Shown: positions 1 through 9,151, counted from the first letter of the stretch. The stretch: DNA of 32,000 nucleotides from Candidatus Saccharimonadota bacterium (GCA_016699145.1 CP064962.1:30001-62000), one strand, 5' to 3'. Translations and numbers: made by a program. The notes: generated by a model not told the origin, from the sequence alone.

Positions 1-67
1 GATCAAATTGTGCCGGTGGACATTGGCTCTCACGACGAAGTATATTGAAGGCAATTTAACCAATCCT

Positions 68-508
68 ATGAACCTCACCGAACTCCAAGAAAACCTCAAA
101 CAGGCCATGCTCGCAAAGGATGAGCTCAAAACCTCTGTGCTTCGCATGCTCAAGGCTGAAATCATGAAAATTCAAACGGATGGATCTGGCACCGAAATCA
201 CCGAAGAAATCATTCAAAATACTCTCCAAAAACTGGTGAAACAACGCAAAGACGCCGCTCAGCAATTCAAAGATGGTGGTCGCCCCGAACTCGCTGAAAA
301 GGAAGAAGCAGAAATCGCACTTCTACAAGCCTATTTGCCCGAGCAAATGTCCGAAGACGCCATTCGTGCGGAAGTCAAAGCCACCAAAGAAGCACTCGGT
401 ATCACCGACAAAAGTGGCCTTGGAAAGCTCATGGGGGCTCTGATGGGCAAGCTCAAAGGCAAGGCGGATGGAGGACTCATCAAGAAGATTGTGGAAGAGG
501 AACTTTAA
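68..508 (+). CDS. yqeY: GatB/YqeY-domain protein
   Basis: Lies in ORF 8..508. The ATG at 68 gives MNLTELQENLKQAMLAKDELKTSVLRMLKAEI..., which fits the YqeY family pattern. The TTG-initiated 20 aa upstream look non-native. Confidence 0.8.
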   Translation: MNLTELQENLKQAMLAKDELKTSVLRMLKAEIMKIQTDGSGTEITEEIIQNTLQKLVKQRKDAAQQFKDGGRPELAEKEEAEIALLQAYLPEQMSEDAIRAEVKATKEALGITDKSGLGKLMGALMGKLKGKADGGLIKKIVEEEL

Positions 509-768
509 ACGTTCCTTTTAAGCCACACTTTTTTCACCGCAGGAATCGTGAGCGTCGACAAAAAGAATCCGACACTCGGCACGATGGCGTTCACGAAAAT
601 ATTTCCAATCCCCGTCGTCCAAAACACCAATACCATCACGGTGTAGGTCAAAATCAAAACAAGCACTTTGCGCGTCCAACTCGTTTCCCATGCCTTATCG
701 GCCTCCACTTTTTTATTGCGGGCCTTGAGTTGATCGATCTCAGACAGTAGGTCTTCTATCGTAGCCAT
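505..768 (-). CDS. small membrane protein (N-terminal coiled-coil, two hydrophobic helices), function unknown
   Basis: The ATG at 768 gives MATIEDLLSEIDQLKARNKK... followed by two hydrophobic stretches. The longer track ORF 505..873 runs through the tRNA, so I rejected its N-terminal extension. The CDS starts 7 nt after the tRNA 3' end on the same strand. Confidence 0.55.
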   Translation of the reverse strand: MATIEDLLSEIDQLKARNKKVEADKAWETSWTRKVLVLILTYTVMVLVFWTTGIGNIFVNAIVPSVGFFLSTLTIPAVKKVWLKRNV

Positions 769-774
769 AAGTTT

Positions 775-863
775 TGGTGCCGAAAGTGGGGGTCGAACCC
801 ACACTCCCGATGAAGGGAACGGGATTTTGAGTCCCGCGCGTCTGCCAGTTTCGCCATTTCGGC
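775..863 (-). tRNA. tRNA-Leu (anticodon CAA), long variable arm, encoded CCA
   Basis: The reverse complement folds by hand into a cloverleaf. Acceptor GCCGAAA/TTTCGGC; anticodon arm CGGGA-CTCAAAA-TCCCG; long variable arm; T arm GTGGG-TTCGACC-CCCAC; discriminator A then CCA. Confidence 0.9.
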
Positions 864-942
864 ACGGGCGCAAAATTACAGCATTTTTCCGTGCAAAACA
901 AGAAGCATTGTGCTATCTTGCCCGCACACTTATCCACTCGCT

Positions 943-1644
943 ATGGCTTCAAAGTCCAACAACACTCAAACTCTTGTAATCGGTCTCAGTTTTTTGGCCG
1001 TCGGTCTCATCTTAGGCCTGATGCTCGCAAATAAAGTGGTCGTCGACAGTCAAAGCACAGAAAGTAACGAGACGGTGAATGTGGAACAACTGGAAACAGT
1101 TTCCGTCAGTGAAGACGATGACGCTTCCATCGGTTCTGATGATGCACCCGTAACCATTATTGAATTCAGCGATTTTCAATGTTACTGGTGTGGACGCTTC
1201 CATGCAGACACGCTTCCTTCTCTCCTTAAGAACTATGTAGATGCAGGCATTGTGCGCCTCGTGATTCGGGACTTCCCCGCGGGAAGCCACCCTGAAGCCA
1301 AGTTGGCCGCTCAATCGGCTGAATGTGTGAGGGCTTATACTATGGAGGAAGATCCAGACCTCGCGTACTTTGAAATGCACGATCTTTTATTCAACAATCA
1401 AACCGCTTGGTCCGGCAAATCCGACGCCAAGGAGCAACTCATTGCCTTAGCTAAAGACAATTTGGACGTCGACATTAAAAACTGTCTCGATACAGAAGAG
1501 ATGCAAGCAGAAGTGGAAGCCGATTATGTAGCGGGTAGGAGTTATGGCATAGGCGGTACGCCCACTTTCTTCGTGAACGGAAAGAAATTGGTGGGAGCTT
1601 GGCCTTATGAAACCTTCGAAACCGTGATCAAGGCCCTTCGCTAA
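943..1644 (+). CDS. DsbA-family thiol:disulfide oxidoreductase with an N-terminal membrane anchor
   Basis: ATG at 943, then a TM helix. Thioredoxin-fold motif ...TIIEFSDFQCYWCGRFH... (CxxC) and C-terminal GTPTFFVNG typical of the DsbA/BdbD-like family. Confidence 0.85.
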   Translation: MASKSNNTQTLVIGLSFLAVGLILGLMLANKVVVDSQSTESNETVNVEQLETVSVSEDDDASIGSDDAPVTIIEFSDFQCYWCGRFHADTLPSLLKNYVDAGIVRLVIRDFPAGSHPEAKLAAQSAECVRAYTMEEDPDLAYFEMHDLLFNNQTAWSGKSDAKEQLIALAKDNLDVDIKNCLDTEEMQAEVEADYVAGRSYGIGGTPTFFVNGKKLVGAWPYETFETVIKALR

Positions 1645-1672
1645 ATCAAGATCAAAATTTAATCCGAATCTT

Positions 1673-3061
1673 ATGTTTTTCGATGAAGTGTCCCTAGAAT
1701 TGGAAGGAGGAAAAGGCGGCAATGGAGCCCTATTTTTTCACCGCGAAAAATACGTGGAAGCCGGCGGGCCTGACGGAGGAGACGGGGGCAATGGAGGCAG
1801 CCTGGTTTTAGAAGCGGATGAAAACTACAACACCCTCCAGCACTTCATGGGGAAGAAGCATTACAAAGCTCACAATGGAGAAAATGGCTTCAAAAACGAT
1901 ATGGCCGGCCATGCAGGGGAAGACTTGGTTTTAAAGGTGCCCGTGGGCACTCTTGTGCACGATAAAGAATCGGACGAAGTGATTGCAGATCTCGATAAAA
2001 ATGGTCTCAAACTCAAAGTCGCCGCAGGGGGGCGAGGGGGTTACGGGAATGGACACTTTGGTTCCAGTACACGGCAAGCCCCCATGTTTGCGGAGCTCGG
2101 AGACATTGGGGAATTTCGCAGTGTACGCCTGGAGCTCCGCTTGGTTGCGGATGTGGGTCTAGTGGGTTTTCCCTCCGCAGGCAAATCGACCCTCATTTCT
2201 CACGTCTCAGCAGCCAAACCCAAAGTGGCGGCTTACCCTTTCACCACCCTCATCCCCAACCTTGGAGTGGTGCACCTAAGTCAATTCGGCGGCAGCGAGC
2301 AGCAAAGTTTTGTGATCGCCGACATGCCGGGAATCATTGAGGGCGCTTCCGAAGGCAAGGGGCTGGGAGATGCTTTTTTAAAACACATTTCGCGCACCGC
2401 AACCCTTGTATTTGTGCTCGATCCTTTCTGTTACGAAAACCTCACTTTGATTCAGCAATTTGAAATTCTACAAAAAGAACTCAAAGCTCACAATCCAGCC
2501 CTGCTTAAAAAAGATTATTTCGTGGTCATGAATAAAATCGATTCCATCCCTGAAGCCGATCGTGAAGCTCTTAAAAAAGAATTCCTCAAAGCTTATCCCA
2601 AACTCAAATCCAAGTTCCGACTCATTTCGGGTGTCAGTGGGGAAGGTTTGGAAAAATTCATCTTTGAACTCGAAAAAACCGTCAGCGAAACGCGTGAAAA
2701 AAATGAAACACCCCGTACCGTGAATGAAGATTTTATGGAATACGTGCCCACACGTTTTGTGGATGAAAACAACTTTGACGTCGAAGCAATGTACGAAGTA
2801 GACGCCCTTACTTTTGAAGAACCCGTCTTAGGTCAAATTCTAGATGCCGAGACCTTGCCCAAGCGTAATCTTTATAAAGTGACAGGAAAACGCATCGAAC
2901 AAATTTCCCGCATGACCAGTCCAGAGTACCCCGATGCCATCATGCGCGTGGCCGACGTTCTTAAAAAAATGGGCATTCATAAAATGCTCATTAGAAAAGG
3001 AGCCATGAACGGAGATTTCGTTAAAATAGGGCCACGCTTTTACGAATTTCACGAACTTTAA
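1673..3061 (+). CDS. obg: GTPase Obg/CgtA with a C-terminal extension
   Basis: Glycine-rich Obg fold (GGKGGNGALFFHREKY..GGPDGGDGGNGGS). G1 motif GFPSAGKST, G3 DMPGIIEGA, G4 NKID. About 120 aa follow the GTPase domain. Confidence 0.95.
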   Translation: MFFDEVSLELEGGKGGNGALFFHREKYVEAGGPDGGDGGNGGSLVLEADENYNTLQHFMGKKHYKAHNGENGFKNDMAGHAGEDLVLKVPVGTLVHDKESDEVIADLDKNGLKLKVAAGGRGGYGNGHFGSSTRQAPMFAELGDIGEFRSVRLELRLVADVGLVGFPSAGKSTLISHVSAAKPKVAAYPFTTLIPNLGVVHLSQFGGSEQQSFVIADMPGIIEGASEGKGLGDAFLKHISRTATLVFVLDPFCYENLTLIQQFEILQKELKAHNPALLKKDYFVVMNKIDSIPEADREALKKEFLKAYPKLKSKFRLISGVSGEGLEKFIFELEKTVSETREKNETPRTVNEDFMEYVPTRFVDENNFDVEAMYEVDALTFEEPVLGQILDAETLPKRNLYKVTGKRIEQISRMTSPEYPDAIMRVADVLKKMGIHKMLIRKGAMNGDFVKIGPRFYEFHEL

Positions 3062-3066
3062 TACCC

Positions 3067-3606
3067 ATGAAAGTGATCTGCGGCCTGGGGAACCCAGGGG
3101 AAAAATATGAAAAAACTCGCCACAACGTGGGCTTTCGTGCCCTGGATGCTTTTGCTCAAAAAAACGAATTTCCACCTTTTGAATTGCGTGGCAAAGCCTG
3201 GATCTCTGAAAAGGGGCAAGGTTTTAAAAAAGTTCTGCTGCTCAAACCGGTCACATTCATGAATCTTTCAGGCGAAGCGGTTCAAGAAGTGCTACAATTT
3301 TATAAACTGGAACCCAAAAACTTGCTTGTGGTTTACGACGATGTCGATTTGCCACTCGGCACCTTGCGTTATCGTGAAAAAGGTTCTGCGGGCACTCACA
3401 ATGGAATGAAATCGCTCATTCAAAATCTCGCAACCCTCGACTTCCCACGTTTGCGCATCGGCATTGAATCTCGAGGTCAAAGCGCTCCCGAGCAAATGCC
3501 CCTGGATGCCTTTGTTCTGGCTCCTTTTACCGAAGAAGAAGAAAGCGTGCTTAAAAATGAAATTCCCAAAGTCTGTCTGCAAATGGAAGAATGGCTCGTA
3601 AAATAA
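3067..3606 (+). CDS. pth: peptidyl-tRNA hydrolase
   Basis: MKVICGLGNPGEKYEKTRHNVGF... and ...GSAGTHNGMKS.. are canonical Pth motifs. Confidence 0.95.
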   Translation: MKVICGLGNPGEKYEKTRHNVGFRALDAFAQKNEFPPFELRGKAWISEKGQGFKKVLLLKPVTFMNLSGEAVQEVLQFYKLEPKNLLVVYDDVDLPLGTLRYREKGSAGTHNGMKSLIQNLATLDFPRLRIGIESRGQSAPEQMPLDAFVLAPFTEEEESVLKNEIPKVCLQMEEWLVK

Positions 3607-3613
3607 AATAAGC

Positions 3614-3642
3614 TTGCAAAGGCCCATATTTTTCCTTAAAGT
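3614..3642 (+). promoter_or_regulatory. candidate sigma70-type promoter for rplU
   Basis: TTGCAA (3614-3619), 17-nt spacer, TAAAGT (3637-3642), 24 nt before the ATG. No Shine-Dalgarno sequence. Confidence 0.4.
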
Positions 3643-3666
3643 AACCCAGCATTTATCTAAATTCTT

Positions 3667-4116
3667 ATGTTCGCAGTCGTTTATTTTGGAGGTAAGCAGT
3701 ACAAAGTTCGTGAAAAAGATGAGCTTGAAGTGGAAAAATTAGATTTGGAAGCGGGAAAAAACTTCAAAATCAACGAGGTGCTTTTGATGGCGGAAGAAGA
3801 TGGGAGTGAAGTGAAGCTCGGCATGCCTTTTGTGGTTGGGGCTCATGTAGAATGCCAGGTGGTGGAACAAGGTTTGGGTGAAAAGATCCGTGTGTTCAAG
3901 ATGAAAGCCAAAAAGCGTTATCACAAAACTCAAGGGCACCGTCAAGCTTTCACGGCCATTAAAGTCTTGAAAATTTCTGCGGTAGAAAGGAAGACGTCTG
4001 TTCCAGCAAAAGAAGAAGAAGACAAAGAGGTGAAAGCCGAGCCTAAAGCAGAAAAGGTAGAAAAAAAGACGGTGGCTAAGAAACCAGCAGCTAAAAAAAC
4101 GGCGAAAAAGGATTAA
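3667..4116 (+). CDS. rplU: 50S ribosomal protein L21 with a Lys/Glu-rich C-terminal extension
   Basis: MFAVVYFGGKQYKV...KRYHKTQGHRQ is the L21 signature. About 45 extra C-terminal residues are KE-rich (KEEEDKEVKAEPKAEKVEKKTVAKKPAAKKTAKKD). Confidence 0.9.
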   Translation: MFAVVYFGGKQYKVREKDELEVEKLDLEAGKNFKINEVLLMAEEDGSEVKLGMPFVVGAHVECQVVEQGLGEKIRVFKMKAKKRYHKTQGHRQAFTAIKVLKISAVERKTSVPAKEEEDKEVKAEPKAEKVEKKTVAKKPAAKKTAKKD

Positions 4117-4162
4117 AGGTCCTCTAAAGGCTAAGGCAAAACACTTTTCCTGGTTCTTGCTA

Positions 4163-4191
4163 TTGACTTGCAGATTTTTTTTTGGTCTAAT
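4163..4191 (+). promoter_or_regulatory. candidate promoter giving a leaderless or near-leaderless helicase mRNA
   Basis: TTGACT (4163-4168), 17-nt spacer, TCTAAT (4186-4191). The ATG at 4201 lies only 9 nt after the -10 element. Confidence 0.35.
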
Positions 4192-4200
4192 ATCTGGGAT

Positions 4201-5454
4201 ATGGAAACCAACACAGAATCAAACAGCAGCTTCGAACATTTAGGACTCCATCCCAAACTCCTCGACGCCCTTCAACGCCTCAAACTCAGCACTCCTACGC
4301 CGATTCAACATCAGGCTATTCCTGTGGCAACCGCCGGAAAAGACATGATAGGAATTGCGCAAACCGGTACGGGTAAAACCTTTGCATTTGGATTGCCCAT
4401 GTTGCAACGCTTGATGGGTGGCACTGGTTTTCAAGGATTGATCTTAGTTCCAACCCGTGAATTGGCCATTCAAGTGGAAGAAGGCCTTCTTAAAGTGGCC
4501 GGACATTTGGGACTGTGCACCGCTTTGCTCATTGGCGGAGCCCCCATTTTCAAACAAAAGCGTCAACTCAAAGCTCGGGTGAATGTTATTATTGCAACGC
4601 CTGGACGACTCATCGATCATCTCAAGCAAAAAAACTTAAATCTCGCCAAGGTGAGCATTTTGGTTTTGGACGAAGCGGATCGCATGCTCGACATGGGTTT
4701 TGAACCTCAAATTCGTGAAATTTTAAAACAAGTACCTCAAGAACGCCAAACCATGATGTTCTCGGCCACCATGCCCGCCAACCTCACACAAATGGCACAC
4801 TCTTACATGAAGAGCCCACTCCGCATTGAATTGGCCCCTGCGGGAACCGCTTCTGAGCAGGTGGAACAAGCTTTTCTAGTGCTTCCTAAAGAGGAGAAAA
4901 TCAAAGAACTCAGAGCTTTACTCACCACGTTTAAAGAGACTGTTTTAGTTTTCACTCGCACCAAGCACGGAGCCTCAAAGCTCACTCGCGCTTTGCAAGA
5001 CGCCGGATTCACAGCGGCTGAAATTCATTCCGACCGCACGCTCGGTCAAAGGAGAAAGGCCTTGGAGGGATTTAAAACAGGTTATTATCGAATTTTAGTG
5101 GCCACCGACATTGCCGCTCGTGGCATCGACGTGAAGGAAATTGGAATGGTGGTGAATTTCGACCTGCCTGAAAATGCAGAGGATTACGTGCATCGCATCG
5201 GACGCACGGGCCGAGCAGGCCACGAAGGGGTTGCACTTTCTTTTGCCACACCTGATCAACGCAAAGATCTAGAACTCATTCAACGCCTGATTCGAAAGGA
5301 ATTGGACGTGCATTTTAGAGTTCCCTTTGAAGCGCACGCTCCTCGTTCTCGTGGAGCTAAATTTCGACGCAATCCTCGAGGGGGTTATTCCGCCGGAACT
5401 TCATCTAGACCTTCTCGCTCTCGTGGAGCTTCCCATCATCGTCGCCGTCGCTAA
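4201..5454 (+). CDS. DEAD-box ATP-dependent RNA helicase with an Arg/Ser-rich C-terminal tail
   Basis: Q motif (F..LGL...L......TPIQ), AQTGTGKT, PTRELA, DEAD (VLDEADRMLDMGF), SAT, HRIGRTGRAG. I prefer the ATG at 4201 because the track TTG start at 4168 lies inside the -35 box. Confidence 0.9.
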   Translation: METNTESNSSFEHLGLHPKLLDALQRLKLSTPTPIQHQAIPVATAGKDMIGIAQTGTGKTFAFGLPMLQRLMGGTGFQGLILVPTRELAIQVEEGLLKVAGHLGLCTALLIGGAPIFKQKRQLKARVNVIIATPGRLIDHLKQKNLNLAKVSILVLDEADRMLDMGFEPQIREILKQVPQERQTMMFSATMPANLTQMAHSYMKSPLRIELAPAGTASEQVEQAFLVLPKEEKIKELRALLTTFKETVLVFTRTKHGASKLTRALQDAGFTAAEIHSDRTLGQRRKALEGFKTGYYRILVATDIAARGIDVKEIGMVVNFDLPENAEDYVHRIGRTGRAGHEGVALSFATPDQRKDLELIQRLIRKELDVHFRVPFEAHAPRSRGAKFRRNPRGGYSAGTSSRPSRSRGASHHRRRR

Positions 5455-5482
5455 AGCCAAAGAAAGGACGAGGACAATGCAT

Positions 5483-5510
5483 TTGACTCCGACTGACTTT
5501 ATGCTAAGAT
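5483..5510 (+). promoter_or_regulatory. candidate promoter for the FG-GAP gene
   Basis: TTGACT (5483-5488), 16-nt spacer, TAAGAT (5505-5510), 19 nt before the ATG at 5530. Confidence 0.4.
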
Positions 5511-5529
5511 TCAGTCTTTAACACCTCTT

Positions 5530-7026
5530 ATGCAAACTAAAAAACGCCTTTCATTCTTTGCTTTGGCCTTGAGTTTCGTTTTAGTCCTTCCGGTTCAAGC
5601 GGTTTCTTTGACCAGCACCTCAGAGGGTGGTTACGCCATTCAAGAATTTGTCGGAGAATGGACTTCTGATCTTGCTGGAGCCAGTGTGGCAGCTGCAGGG
5701 GACGTGGATGGTGATGGTTACGATGATTTTTTGGTAGGTGCTCCTCAAAATAGTGATGCCGCTACTAATGCAGGGGCTACTTATTTAGTGTATGGCCCTA
5801 TTTACCAAACGGCTAACGAAACTCGCATACCCAATTTTCCATTATTGGGTGGTAGCTCAATAGTTGCAGAATTCTCTGGTGAAGCGGAGTCGTCTTATTC
5901 AGGTTCATCCGTAGCGGGCGTAGGAGATGTCAATGCGGATGGATACGACGATTTTGTGATTGGCGCTTACGCTTACTCCTCCGGAGAAGAAACCTACGAA
6001 GGGGCAGCGTACCTTGTGTATGGGCAATCCACCCGTTATACCTCTGTTTCCTTAAGCTCTAGTTCTGTCGTTCGTTTTCTTGGGGAGGCTGAAAGTTCAG
6101 CTGGAACTTCAGTTTCGGCTGCTGGTGATGTGAACAACGATGGCTATGAAGATTTTCTTATTGGAGCCCCTTATTACAGCAATACCAATGGTTGGGTTGG
6201 AGCCACCTATTTGGTTTTAGGACGAAGTACGCGCTATCAAGATAGAACTTTAGGCAGTGCCAACTCTATTAAACGTTTTGTAGGAGCCACCACGGACAGC
6301 CTTTCAGGCACTTCGGTGGCTGGGGGTGACATTGATGCCGATGGATACAGTGATGTCATCATTGGAGCTCCAGCAGGTAGAGGTGCTGTTTATGTGGTGT
6401 ACGGAGGTGCCAGCATTGCTTCTCGTTCTTTATCTGCCACCTCTGTTTATAAATTTGTGGGTGAAAATACGGGAGATAACGCTGGAGATGAGATTGCTTT
6501 TGCGGGAGATGTGAATGGTGACGGTTATGGAGAAATTTTGGTGGGCGCTCCACTAAATAGCGATGGTGGTTTGAATCAGACGGGTGCGGTCTATTTAGTG
6601 TATGGAACTTCAAGGCAAAATGCCACTCGAGTGACAAGTTTGGGTTCAAGCTCCATTGTAGAGATTATGGGAGTTGACCTGCAAGAACGCCTTGGTGAAG
6701 GTGATTTGGCAGGGTTGGGTGATTTAAATGGAGACGGCTATGGGGAGATTTTGCTCGGTAGCCGTAGTGTAGACTCCTCTGTTGGAACCAATGCGGGTGC
6801 TGCCTATCTTTTATATGGTCAAAGCGCTGCTTTTAGCGCAATGGCCACCACAGACCCTCTTTTCACTGCTTTCAATGGTGAGCTTACGGGTGACCAAGCG
6901 GGATCCAGCGTCTCTTTTGGAGGAACTTTGATCAATAACGATCTTTGTTTCATCGTTGGAGCACTAGCTAATGACGACTCAGGCTATAGCAATGCCGGCG
7001 CGGCTTATGTAATTTGGGCGGAGTAA
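5530..7026 (+). CDS. secreted FG-GAP (integrin-alpha-like) repeat protein, about seven blades
   Basis: Signal peptide MQTKKRLSFFALALSFVLVLPVQA. Six clear repeats and one degenerate repeat of G-D-(V/I/L)-(D/N)-x-D-G-Y-x-(D/E)-(F/I/V)-(L/I/V)-(L/I/V)-G-A-P followed by GA.YLVYG. Confidence 0.85.
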   Translation: MQTKKRLSFFALALSFVLVLPVQAVSLTSTSEGGYAIQEFVGEWTSDLAGASVAAAGDVDGDGYDDFLVGAPQNSDAATNAGATYLVYGPIYQTANETRIPNFPLLGGSSIVAEFSGEAESSYSGSSVAGVGDVNADGYDDFVIGAYAYSSGEETYEGAAYLVYGQSTRYTSVSLSSSSVVRFLGEAESSAGTSVSAAGDVNNDGYEDFLIGAPYYSNTNGWVGATYLVLGRSTRYQDRTLGSANSIKRFVGATTDSLSGTSVAGGDIDADGYSDVIIGAPAGRGAVYVVYGGASIASRSLSATSVYKFVGENTGDNAGDEIAFAGDVNGDGYGEILVGAPLNSDGGLNQTGAVYLVYGTSRQNATRVTSLGSSSIVEIMGVDLQERLGEGDLAGLGDLNGDGYGEILLGSRSVDSSVGTNAGAAYLLYGQSAAFSAMATTDPLFTAFNGELTGDQAGSSVSFGGTLINNDLCFIVGALANDDSGYSNAGAAYVIWAE

Positions 7027-7041
7027 TTAAAAAATTAACTT

Positions 7042-8718
7042 ATGAAATCTCAAGAATTCAATGACAGGCTTCGTGAAGGAGGTATACATCCGGATGAGAA
7101 TCCAAAAACACTTACATGCACTTTAAGAAAACTGTTTTTCCCTCAAACTGATGATGAGAGGATTTTAAGATCTTTGTTATGTCCACAGGTATTTCCAACC
7201 AATAGTCCTTTTAACGATAATTTTGCTCAACATGGTTCACCTATTGCAACAGTTCGAACATTAATAAGTAGCGTGTCAGCTCTGAAGGGTAACAACCATG
7301 AAGACCAACCGTGTTATCGAGAAGGTATTCCAGAAAAATTGCTGAACCAACTTTATGCAGAGGGTATGGAAGCAGTTAAGCCTATCATAGAGAAACCCTT
7401 ACAGGGAGATTGCCCTCCACCAACAGAAGAAGATTTAAAGAAGTTTTTAACTGCATTGCCAGAGAATGTTTATCAAAATCTTCAAAAGGGAGAAGCTTGG
7501 TTACTTTTTACCCCATTGGGACGAGGGGAAGAAATGCGGAAGAGACTATTTGGCTTTGCTGTAAATTGGTCTGTTCATCCAGAGCACAATAAAAGCTATA
7601 TGGGGATCTTGGTACAGCGTTCCATGCTAGCTGGTTTAGATGAAGTTTCAACTTTGGTTGGTTTATCACCTTGGGGTCATTACGCTGCAATCCCAACGTG
7701 GGGGATTACTTGCATTCCAAAACCTAGACCTATGCCCGACCATTCTGGTGTTGCTGTCATTCAGAAGAGGTTTCTAGCTGAATCGATCACCAATCCACAG
7801 TCGGCCTGGGTGTGTTTGAACAGAATCATGCGTGAAATATATTCCAATAATGAGATAATAGATGCAAGAGTTCCCATGTATGTAGAACTAAAAACAGACT
7901 GTAGGTTAATCTTAACACGAAAAACGTTGTTCCATTATGAGCAGTATTGTCACGACAGATCGGGTCGCTGCTCGTCATCCTCTACTATGATTAACAAATG
8001 CGAAGATGATCATGTACCGTTGACTTTAATCCTCGAACGTCGCCCCTTGAATTCAAGTGACTTAGAAGAGGTAACGCAACTGCAAAGCAAAATAGATGAA
8101 TTAAGAAACAGCCCAATCGTTCACCAACTTGGTTCAGTTGACACTCCGGAAGGGGAAATATCAGTGGTCAAACCAGTGGATCCAAGGGTTAAAGCAATAA
8201 TAGACGACATGCAATCGGTACAATTTACTCGGGCAATACAGAGATTGGAAGCATTAAAAGCTCAGCATAGAGGATTCTTCTCAGCTTGTTTCGTTAAGTC
8301 AGAAAAGCCATTGACCACACCTGAAGCGGAAAATCCAGTTCATGCCATGGTCATTGAACGATTTGGTTGGACATCTCCTCGGGCTGAATTAAAAGCTTCT
8401 AGATCTTCAATTCCACGGATAAGAGAAAGCTTTCGAGGCAAGCTTTTATATTTCTTGCACACACATTTACCCTCTCCTGAGCGTCTTGATACAAGTCTCT
8501 CAAGGCGGTTGCTATCTGGTTCTTATGGAGCAGAGTGGGATCGAGTCGAGCCAAACAATCTGGCAACTCAAATCGTAGGACAAATTTCTGAGGGAAAACT
8601 GGGAGCGTCTCGCTTACATGTCTCGAATGGGCTGGGGGCCACAGCCCGTTCATTTAAGGCAAGACCGGCTTTCAATATTAGCTTGCGGCAAGCCTTCTTA
8701 CTTGGGGGTTCCTCTTGA
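7042..8718 (+). CDS. hypothetical protein (ORFan), probably the N-terminal 557 aa of a ~702-aa product
   Basis: Long ORF starting 15 nt after the FG-GAP stop. I recognise no domain. Third codon positions are A/T-rich and AGA/AGG/TTA codons are common, unlike the neighbours. The 3' end overlaps the next ORF by 101 nt. Confidence 0.6.
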   Translation: MKSQEFNDRLREGGIHPDENPKTLTCTLRKLFFPQTDDERILRSLLCPQVFPTNSPFNDNFAQHGSPIATVRTLISSVSALKGNNHEDQPCYREGIPEKLLNQLYAEGMEAVKPIIEKPLQGDCPPPTEEDLKKFLTALPENVYQNLQKGEAWLLFTPLGRGEEMRKRLFGFAVNWSVHPEHNKSYMGILVQRSMLAGLDEVSTLVGLSPWGHYAAIPTWGITCIPKPRPMPDHSGVAVIQKRFLAESITNPQSAWVCLNRIMREIYSNNEIIDARVPMYVELKTDCRLILTRKTLFHYEQYCHDRSGRCSSSSTMINKCEDDHVPLTLILERRPLNSSDLEEVTQLQSKIDELRNSPIVHQLGSVDTPEGEISVVKPVDPRVKAIIDDMQSVQFTRAIQRLEALKAQHRGFFSACFVKSEKPLTTPEAENPVHAMVIERFGWTSPRAELKASRSSIPRIRESFRGKLLYFLHTHLPSPERLDTSLSRRLLSGSYGAEWDRVEPNNLATQIVGQISEGKLGASRLHVSNGLGATARSFKARPAFNISLRQAFLLGGSS

Positions 8719-9151
8719 GAATGATGATATCCTTAAGTTCGGATGGGGCTCCTTTGGCGTTGATCCAATAAGTGCATTGTCTGAGTTTGGGTTCACTATA
8801 CCTGATTGGCATCAATATTTGAAGCCTGCTGTCTATTTCAACATGCTAACACCTGCTATAGACCCCCTTGGGCGACGGGAGGCAATTTATTGTTCAGAGA
8901 GAGAAAGCCTAGTAGTGTATCCTTATACTAATCTAACAGATCCGTGCGTGAGATTGGTGTATGGTGCAGAGCTAGTAGACAAATCTATTCTCAGTTATAA
9001 GAGGATGAATAGTCAATTGGTGGAGTCTTACCGACCTTTATTATCAATTCCCTTGAGAGACATGCCCTCGGTGAGTGTGCATGTAGAAACCAATTCAAGC
9101 TTAAGAGATGAAATAAAACTACCCTTACCTCTTACTTGTGCAGTCAGGTAA
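8618..9151 (+). CDS. hypothetical protein, likely the frameshifted continuation of 7042..8718
   Basis: Frame +1 relative to 7042..8718. There is no plausible independent start context. Removing one G from the G5 run at 8704-8708 joins the frames as ...RQAFLLGVPLENDDILKFGWG.... Confidence 0.45.
   Translation: MSRMGWGPQPVHLRQDRLSILACGKPSYLGVPLENDDILKFGWGSFGVDPISALSEFGFTIPDWHQYLKPAVYFNMLTPAIDPLGRREAIYCSERESLVVYPYTNLTDPCVRLVYGAELVDKSILSYKRMNSQLVESYRPLLSIPLRDMPSVSVHVETNSSLRDEIKLPLPLTCAVR

Noticed and set aside
505-937. Track ORFs 505..873(-) (N-terminal 35 aa) and 740..937(-) overlapping 775-863
   Set aside because: The overlapped segment folds into a complete tRNA-Leu(CAA). The encoded peptides are Arg/Pro/Gly-rich nonsense. 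A good ATG at 768 begins the real small membrane protein.
5491-5516. Hairpin GACTGA...TCAGTC after the helicase gene as a terminator
   Set aside because: The stem is only 6 bp with a 14-nt loop and no proper U-tract. The same sequence is better explained as the spacer and -10 region of the FG-GAP promoter.
5530-7026. Periodic signal in the FG-GAP gene as a DNA tandem repeat or a hypervariable (DGR-type) target
   Set aside because: The periodicity is at the protein-domain level (seven propeller blades). The DNA copies are divergent. There is no template repeat and no reverse transcriptase in the window.
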